Virus record (IMG/VR): IMGVR_UViG_3300034116_001151 | Location: 1-34,031 of that record | Length of the DNA: 34,031 nucleotides | Origin: a virus | Lineage: Duplodnaviria; Caudoviricetes | Reading direction: 5' to 3' (one strand) | Shown here: positions 26,347 through 32,876 of the stretch, one piece after another | Numbering within the stretch: position 1 is the stretch's first letter | Layout of the letters: each line of letters starts with the position of its first letter | The notes under the pieces: generated by a model | Databases searched by the model: none | The model's input: only the letters and a program-made list of their open reading frames with translations | Told to the model about the DNA's origin: nothing | Translations under genes and position numbers: made by a program

Positions 26347-27239
26347 AAATAAAGTTTATAACTTGCATATACGATAATCTTTTTGGTACAGATTTAGGGG
26401 GCAGATTTAATAGAGGAGGTCATTATAAGCACTCTTTAAAAGCAATAATGAACATTACAATCGCTGATTTTCTATTGTATACTAGCGAAGAAGAAATAGA
26501 GGATCTTAGGAACTTCTTTTATGCGGAGTGTGGATTTACAGAAGATAGATTGCAGATAAAGACCTACGATATCAGGAACACTCCTTACAAAGAAAAATTT
26601 GAACTGTATAAAAACTTAGAAGAAGTAAAGCAATCAGATAGGTGCCCAGAAATACAATATGCTAAGTTAACTTGGTTGGAAGATTTTAACGAACCAGATT
26701 ACGATTATCTGTTTTGGATAGACGCGGGACTCTCTTCAAACATTCTTTTCCCCGACAGATATTTTCCCGAGGATAAAGGCTATTATCCGAGATATTTTGG
26801 ATCATCCGCTTATACAGATATGCTAGTTCAAAATTTAGTAAAATATGTAGGAGATAAAGTACTCTTAATAAGAAAAGATAACACAAACAATTTTTGGTCT
26901 GGTACGGTTCCTGGAAAATATTACACCGAGCATCGCTCTGAAAAACACATCATAGGTGGTTTATTTGGAGGAAAAATAGAAAGCACAAAGGAATTTGCTA
27001 GACTTTTTAGAGAGTCGGCTAATACTGTTTTAGACGGAGAAAAAAGAATCTTCTACGAAGAAAATATAATGTCTTTAGTTTACTATAACAATCAAGAGCT
27101 ATTTGCTACTTTGGATTTTGATATTTGGTGGCACGAAGACGAAAGAATTAACTATCCTGATTTTGATATTATAGAACACACAACCGTTAATAAATCTTTT
27201 TATAAGATATTTGTAGAATTAGAAAATATGTATGCATGA
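26343..27239 (+). CDS. HtrL/YibB (WlaTC)-like putative glycosyltransferase
   Basis: AKLTWL...YLFWIDAG, IIGGLFGG and YEENIMS. Paralogous to the N-terminal half of 28688..30388. Confidence 0.7.
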   Translation: MKIKFITCIYDNLFGTDLGGRFNRGGHYKHSLKAIMNITIADFLLYTSEEEIEDLRNFFYAECGFTEDRLQIKTYDIRNTPYKEKFELYKNLEEVKQSDRCPEIQYAKLTWLEDFNEPDYDYLFWIDAGLSSNILFPDRYFPEDKGYYPRYFGSSAYTDMLVQNLVKYVGDKVLLIRKDNTNNFWSGTVPGKYYTEHRSEKHIIGGLFGGKIESTKEFARLFRESANTVLDGEKRIFYEENIMSLVYYNNQELFATLDFDIWWHEDERINYPDFDIIEHTTVNKSFYKIFVELENMYA

Positions 27240-28687
27240 AAGTAGCTTTGATCATGAAGTTTTGGCACGATGGACAAGAGAATTCTTCTCGTGTTATAAA
27301 CGTAAATTATACTTGGGAAAAATTAAAACACTTAACTTCTTATTTAAGAGATAACGGTGTAGATTGTGATTGTGAACTATTTGATTTTTCTCCAGATAAA
27401 ATTATTCAAGAGAGTACTCATATTCCTTTCGGCTTAGGAGAATATAGATTGGCAGAAAAACAAAATATTATTTTAAAAAGAAAACATGACTCTGATTACT
27501 TTTTTGCTTTCGATTGTGATGCGTTCTTTCACGAAAATGATTACGCTTCAATACTAAATATAATAAGAGAACTTCAACCTAATTGGGCGTATTCTTTTGA
27601 TATGGCAAAATTAGACGGAGGTTCTACTGAAAAGGTTTTATCAAATAATTACAACACAGAAGAATTAGAATTTAATTATGCTTTTACTGGAGATAAAGTT
27701 CATGGACCTTTTGGGGTTGGACATAGAGGCGGTTTAGGAGGCGTTTATTTAGTAGACACAAAAATGTTAACACAGAACGGAGGATTCAACGAGAATTATA
27801 TTGGATGGGGAGGAGAAGACAACGATGCTTTGGATAAAATAACTCAAACTGGTGTTGTTAATCCTATTAAATCTTTTGCTCCTTATCATTTACAACACTT
27901 TACGGATTGGGGAAGTAAAGCCTATACAGTTCGGTTTCCTAGCTACACAATAGGAATTACTACGTTTTCAAAAAGAATAGGATACCTTAGCGCTTTAATT
28001 CCACAAATAAGAAAGCACAATGGCAATAAGATATTACTTTGTATTAATGGAGAAAAAGACGGAGTTTTTAGCAACGATTATAGAAATCAAGTTTTAAGAC
28101 TTTGCACAGAATACGACAACGTATATCCTATATTCTTTATCGAAACTAGAGGACTCGCAAAGATGTGGAATAGTATCATCTCTCATAGCGACGAAGAAAA
28201 TATATTAATGCTAGGTGACGATATAGAAATACATTCTGATAATATTTTTACAGATGTACAAGAGCACATAAAGGGAGATTACTATAGTGGACTAACAAGA
28301 ATAAATGGATCTTACGCTCACTTCTTAATCAATAAAAAAGTGATGAACGAATTGGGATATTTCGACGAAAGGCTATTGGGATTTGGTGAAGAGGACGGAG
28401 ATATTACTTGGAGATTTATAGACAAATATAAAAAGCCAATTGGCGAAATGCAAACAGGAGGAGTAGTGAATATAGTATCTGATATACGCCATGATTATAT
28501 AAAACCTGGAGTCGGTAAATATTCTTTGTATAATAGGAAATTTATGTTTGAAGAAAAATATGTGTGTGGACCAGAATACGAAGGCAATCCAGTTGGAATG
28601 TTTGGTCAGCCTTGTAAAATGGTCATAGAAACACCTAGCTCATTACCTTACGAAGGATACTTTTTAGAAAATAAAATAAAGTTATAG
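27236..28687 (+). CDS. two-domain GT-A (GT2/GT7-like) glycosyltransferase
   Basis: Domain 1: FAFDCD and GGFNENYIGWGGEDND. Domain 2: IGITTF, GLAKMWN, MLGDD and GYFDERLLGFGEEDGD. Confidence 0.8.
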   Translation: MKVALIMKFWHDGQENSSRVINVNYTWEKLKHLTSYLRDNGVDCDCELFDFSPDKIIQESTHIPFGLGEYRLAEKQNIILKRKHDSDYFFAFDCDAFFHENDYASILNIIRELQPNWAYSFDMAKLDGGSTEKVLSNNYNTEELEFNYAFTGDKVHGPFGVGHRGGLGGVYLVDTKMLTQNGGFNENYIGWGGEDNDALDKITQTGVVNPIKSFAPYHLQHFTDWGSKAYTVRFPSYTIGITTFSKRIGYLSALIPQIRKHNGNKILLCINGEKDGVFSNDYRNQVLRLCTEYDNVYPIFFIETRGLAKMWNSIISHSDEENILMLGDDIEIHSDNIFTDVQEHIKGDYYSGLTRINGSYAHFLINKKVMNELGYFDERLLGFGEEDGDITWRFIDKYKKPIGEMQTGGVVNIVSDIRHDYIKPGVGKYSLYNRKFMFEEKYVCGPEYEGNPVGMFGQPCKMVIETPSSLPYEGYFLENKIKL

Positions 28688-30388
28688 ATGGAACCAAAAT
28701 TAGATTTAACGATAGTCACAGGACTTTGGAATATAAATAGACAAGGGCGACCTTTCGAACATTACATAGAGCACTTCAAGAAGTTCTTGGACATGCCCTA
28801 TAATTTATTCATATACATTCCACAAGAGTACGAATACTTAGTGTGGGAAAAAAGATCAAGAGACAATACGTTTGTTAAGATCTACGAATTAGACGATGTA
28901 AAAAGATTGTACGATCCATTTTGGGATAAAACACAAAAGATAAGAACGAATCCTGAGTGGTTGAATTTAACCGGTGAAGGCGGTTGGTTGCCTGGCAGTC
29001 CTCAAGCAAGTTTAGAATGGTACAATCCAATAGTAATGTCCAAAATGTTTATGCTACACGACGCTAGTATTTGGGATCCATTCGCTACTGAACATTTTAT
29101 TTGGTTGGACGCAGGAATATCCAACACTGTTTACGAAAATTACTTCTCTCAAAACAGAGTGTTAGACAAGATAATTCCTTACTTAAGTTCTTTCTTATTT
29201 TTATCTTATCCGTATCAAGCTACAGACGAAATACACGGTTTTAAATTCAATAGAATAAATGCTTACTGCGAAGATACAGCTAAGTACGTTTGTAGAGGTG
29301 GACTATTTGGAGGTACAAAGAAAGCCATTCACGAAGCTAACGGACTTTATTATGCGTTATTACAAAGATCCTTAGACGAAGGTTTGATGGGCACAGAAGA
29401 GAGTTTATTTTTAATAATGGCTTATCAGTATCCAGAAATTTATAGGAGATACGCTTTAGACGAAAATGGCTTAATCATAAAATTCATCCAAGCCTTAGAT
29501 CAAGGTACAGTAGAATTAGAACCTGTACCAGAAAAAAGAGTCGGTCTTATTCAAAAAAGTTTAAACTTAGACGGCATAAAAACATCTCTTTATGTTTTAA
29601 CTTTTAACTTTCCTCATCAACTACAAACACTAATAGACTCTTACGAAAAACATCCTAACTTTTTAGATAAGACTAGAAAAATTCTATTAGATAATTCTAC
29701 AGACGAAGAGTCTAGAATAAAGAATAGAGAGATCGCAGACAAGTACGGATTCGAACATATTATTACAGGAAAGAATGGAGGAATTTGTGGTGGTAGACAA
29801 TTAGCCGCAGAACATTTTCACGAATCCGATAGTGACTTCTATATATTCTTAGAAGACGATATGTGCATACACGATCCTTCTACTAAAGGCGAATTCTGTA
29901 GAAATGGTTTTAGATTTTATATAGACAACTTATATAACAAGATACACAAGATAATGTTGAAAGAGGATTTTGACTTTCTTAAATTATCTTATACAGAAGT
30001 ATACATGGACAATAACATTCAAGTGTCTTGGTACAATGTTCCACAACACGTAAGATCAGAAGTCTGGCCGGATTACGATAAATTGCCAGAACACGGTCTA
30101 GATCCAAGGGCTCCAAGAACACGGTTCGATAAAATAGAAGTACTAGAGGATTTGAGTTATATAACAGGAGAAATATATTATGCTAACTGGCCCATGATTG
30201 TTAGCAAAAAAGGAAATCAAAAAATGTTTATTGATGTAAAATGGAATCACCCTTACGAACAAACTTGGATGAGCTATATGTTCCAAGAGTCCATGAAAGG
30301 AAATCTAAATCCAGGTATTTTATTAGCCAGCCCGGTTAATCACAACAGGATTGCTCACTATAAGCCTGAGGAAAGACGTGAGAACTAA
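28688..30388 (+). CDS. fusion of an HtrL/YibB-like domain and a GT2-like GT-A domain
   Basis: N-half: TIVTGLWNI, SKMFML, FIWLDAG, GGLFGG, GTEESL. C-half: LTFN, LLDNS, NGGICGGR, YIFLEDD. Confidence 0.75.
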   Translation: MEPKLDLTIVTGLWNINRQGRPFEHYIEHFKKFLDMPYNLFIYIPQEYEYLVWEKRSRDNTFVKIYELDDVKRLYDPFWDKTQKIRTNPEWLNLTGEGGWLPGSPQASLEWYNPIVMSKMFMLHDASIWDPFATEHFIWLDAGISNTVYENYFSQNRVLDKIIPYLSSFLFLSYPYQATDEIHGFKFNRINAYCEDTAKYVCRGGLFGGTKKAIHEANGLYYALLQRSLDEGLMGTEESLFLIMAYQYPEIYRRYALDENGLIIKFIQALDQGTVELEPVPEKRVGLIQKSLNLDGIKTSLYVLTFNFPHQLQTLIDSYEKHPNFLDKTRKILLDNSTDEESRIKNREIADKYGFEHIITGKNGGICGGRQLAAEHFHESDSDFYIFLEDDMCIHDPSTKGEFCRNGFRFYIDNLYNKIHKIMLKEDFDFLKLSYTEVYMDNNIQVSWYNVPQHVRSEVWPDYDKLPEHGLDPRAPRTRFDKIEVLEDLSYITGEIYYANWPMIVSKKGNQKMFIDVKWNHPYEQTWMSYMFQESMKGNLNPGILLASPVNHNRIAHYKPEERREN

Positions 30389-30395
30389 TATTTAT
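30388..30395 (+). promoter_or_regulatory. ATATTTAT motif, candidate late promoter element
   Basis: Overlaps the preceding stop codon, 4 nt before the ATG at 30400. Confidence 0.55.
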
Positions 30396-30399
30396 TAAC

Positions 30400-30711
30400 A
30401 TGCCAACACCATCAGCAGCAGTAATACCATTTAACTTCACGGCCTCGTCTGAGTATACCATATACCAAAAAGAGGTTAGATGCCACGTGAACGAAAACGA
30501 GTTTAACTACACCCTAAACAACAGCGCTATTAAAGACGGCACCACAGGATCTTACATAGACGTAGCAACCGGTTCTGACTTTAGACCCTACGCTACCACC
30601 GTTGGTCTTTACAACGATGTTAATCAGCTCATATTGGTAGGTAAATTATCAACGCCCTATCCAATTCCTTCTAACACAGACATTACGTTTGTTGTTCGTT
30701 GGGATAGCTAA
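30400..30711 (+). CDS. stand-alone C-terminal domain of a baseplate/tail-collar-like protein
   Basis: FTASSEYTI...VNENEFNYTLN...PYATTVGLYNDVNQLILVGKLSTP aligns with the last ~95 aa of 16409..17446. Confidence 0.75.
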   Translation: MPTPSAAVIPFNFTASSEYTIYQKEVRCHVNENEFNYTLNNSAIKDGTTGSYIDVATGSDFRPYATTVGLYNDVNQLILVGKLSTPYPIPSNTDITFVVRWDS

Positions 30712-30712
30712 G

Positions 30713-30720
30713 ATATTTAT
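30713..30720 (+). promoter_or_regulatory. ATATTTAT motif, candidate late promoter element
   Basis: Intergenic, 13 nt before the ATG at 30734. Confidence 0.55.
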
Positions 30721-30733
30721 TAGAAAACAGTCT

Positions 30734-31231
30734 ATGTCAAATTGGTTTACGTACGATGGTAATCACGATCCCGTTAATTTTGTAAAACCGCTTACTCAGC
30801 TTTCTGATTTTCCAGAGAACGTAGTTGGATTCGTTTACAAAGTCACAAACAATAAGACCGGCAAATTTTACGTCGGCAAAAAAATCCTTAGAAACGTTCT
30901 AACAAAGACCCTAACAAAGAAGGAAATTTCAGAGTGGGTAAAACCAGGACGTATCCCAAAGAAAAGAAAGGAGATCAAAGAGAGCAATTGGGCCGACTAC
31001 TACGGATCTAGTAAGTTGATCATAGACGATATTAAACTGTTTGGTAAAGATATATTCACTAGAGAGATATTAAGGTTATGCACCACGAAGAAACAGATGA
31101 GTTATTGGGAGACCTATTATCAAATGACCTTAAGAGTTTTAGAGGTGGAAAGCTATAACGAGAATATAGCAGGCAAATGGTACCGCAGGGACGTTAATCC
31201 AATCACACCCGAGCTCGAGGCCGAAGAGTAG
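30734..31231 (+). CDS. GIY-YIG (Seg-like) endonuclease
   Basis: GFVYKVTNNKTGKFYVGKK, YYGSS, FTREIL, WE and YNENI. Start placed at MSNWF (30734). Confidence 0.8.
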   Translation: MSNWFTYDGNHDPVNFVKPLTQLSDFPENVVGFVYKVTNNKTGKFYVGKKILRNVLTKTLTKKEISEWVKPGRIPKKRKEIKESNWADYYGSSKLIIDDIKLFGKDIFTREILRLCTTKKQMSYWETYYQMTLRVLEVESYNENIAGKWYRRDVNPITPELEAEE

Positions 31232-31257
31232 TAACAATTACGATATAATATTAAGAC

Positions 31258-31296
31258 AAAATAAAAGGGAGCCCAAATGAGCTCCCTTTCTTATTT
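31258..31296. terminator. bidirectional intrinsic terminator between convergent operons
   Basis: Stem AAAGGGAGC (31264-31272) / GCTCCCTTT (31281-31289) with an 8-nt loop, A-rich left flank and T-rich right flank. Confidence 0.85.
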
Positions 31297-31311
31297 ACTA
31301 ACTGTATGCTC

Positions 31312-32316
31312 CTAATACATTAAACCTCTGTGTTCAATTCCATTCATAAACTCTTCTTGATCTGTCAGAGCCAGACTGAATGTGTCCGGAAAGATCCAAG
31401 TGTAAGGAATGTTCTTGGTCGGTTTCTTTTCACCATGAGAGATTGCGATGTGCTTCCAAAAGAAACAGGTCTTGTCTTCAATGTTCAGATACTTCTGTTC
31501 AGTCATTGGGTTTAACGGGTGATTCACTAGCAGATCCATCTGATACAACCATTGCTCTGCCTGTTTGTTCTCAGGTGTGAATACTCCAGCTTCGTTAATA
31601 GTATACTTAACTTTACCGTTTAGGTTCTGACCACCGAATATCTGGTGTAATCCATCGAAGTGACCAGTACCACCGAATAGAATAGATTCAGGATCTACCA
31701 AGTGTGGATAACTCATAGCGATGTATCTTGCAGTGTTCTTACATGGATACAAAGGACTTCTAAAGTTTTGATGCTCTTTAAAGTACTTCTCAAGAATCTT
31801 TGCAAACTCCATCATTGTGTACTTTCCACGCTTACCATCTTCAACGTCCTGTAAAACGTAAGCCAATTCTTGACCAGCAATTCTAGGTCCGTGTAACAAC
31901 CAATGTTTAACGTCTGTGCCCTTTGGATAATAGATTTGAAATAGATCGTTTCTTGCGTGACGATTGTTGACGAAGTGATCCTTAGTAGAATCAATGCCTT
32001 CTTTTGCCAATTTCATGAATGTGCCCCAATGTTCGTTACTAAAACTAAACACTAAAGTATAAAACATTCTTAGTTCGTTGTCTGTAACATTGTCCCTCAT
32101 GTAGTAACAGTAAGGATGTTCGTGCCAATGCAAGCGATGTGAAAAGATTTGATACTCTGATTTTAACAAAGAGTCTTTTCTGTTATCGAATTTTTGGCAG
32201 AACTCAAAGAACTTTTCGATACGCTGATCTAACGACCAATCTCGCATCCAAGAGTCCTTTGGTTTTTTGCCTTTAAATTCTACTTCGCAAGTGTTTGGAA
32301 ATAAAATTTCACTCAT
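31312..32316 (-). CDS. putative amino acid:DNA transferase / aGPT-Pplase-like DNA-modification protein, paralog 2
   Basis: Helical protein with FFEFCQKFDNR, IFSHRL, a Gly-rich LFGGTGHFDGL loop and NIEDKTCFFWK, recalling the GPGA..GL and E..LCE..K motifs of that family. Confidence 0.5.
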   Translation of the reverse strand: MSEILFPNTCEVEFKGKKPKDSWMRDWSLDQRIEKFFEFCQKFDNRKDSLLKSEYQIFSHRLHWHEHPYCYYMRDNVTDNELRMFYTLVFSFSNEHWGTFMKLAKEGIDSTKDHFVNNRHARNDLFQIYYPKGTDVKHWLLHGPRIAGQELAYVLQDVEDGKRGKYTMMEFAKILEKYFKEHQNFRSPLYPCKNTARYIAMSYPHLVDPESILFGGTGHFDGLHQIFGGQNLNGKVKYTINEAGVFTPENKQAEQWLYQMDLLVNHPLNPMTEQKYLNIEDKTCFFWKHIAISHGEKKPTKNIPYTWIFPDTFSLALTDQEEFMNGIEHRGLMY

Positions 32317-32876
32317 TATTTTGCTATTTTTTTTGTAGGTTTTTTCTTAACATAAGTAGAAGTCTTCTTTGCATAATCTGATACTGCATACTTTAAAATG
32401 ATGTCTTCTTCTGTTTTATTCAATTTGTATATCTTTCTAACGTAGCGTTCAGATCTTGGAATAATCAAAGAATTCTGAGTGCTGTTCGGTAAAGGTCTAA
32501 TTGAATTTGGTTCTGTCTTTAGAATGTTAAGATCAACTTCTAGTAACCAACCATCGTATTCGTTTTCCCATACCATAGGAATACTTAAGATATAAAGTTT
32601 CTCGCACTTTAAAGCGTGTTCTACTTGTTTACCTGAATCGGCATCTAATGCCCAACAATTGTGTTGATGATAAGGCGAAATCGTTTTTAATTGAGTAATG
32701 GTTGGAGTTTGTCTATCAAAAAATACTAAGTGATCGTTGTATCCGTATGGATCTGGATTGATGTGGACTTTGTAGCCCATATCTTGCATAACGTTGTTAA
32801 ATATTTTTTCTCCTGTTAATCCTTGGATGTGGATGTTTTTTGTCTGCTTTGCAGATTTGTTTGTTGTGTAAGCCAT
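32316..32876 (-). CDS. PD-(D/E)xK restriction-endonuclease-fold protein
   Basis: QGLTGEKIF helix, then YGYNDHLV and TQLKT (G..GE ... D ... Q-x-K). TAATG-coupled on both sides. Confidence 0.5.
   Translation of the reverse strand: MAYTTNKSAKQTKNIHIQGLTGEKIFNNVMQDMGYKVHINPDPYGYNDHLVFFDRQTPTITQLKTISPYHQHNCWALDADSGKQVEHALKCEKLYILSIPMVWENEYDGWLLEVDLNILKTEPNSIRPLPNSTQNSLIIPRSERYVRKIYKLNKTEEDIILKYAVSDYAKKTSTYVKKKPTKKIAK

Noticed and set aside
17980-30400. Split intein or intron rejoining the separated baseplate pieces
   Set aside because: I saw no intein terminal motifs (e.g. a C-terminal HN followed by C/S/T) and no intron-like non-coding segment. The intervening DNA is fully occupied by ordinary genes.
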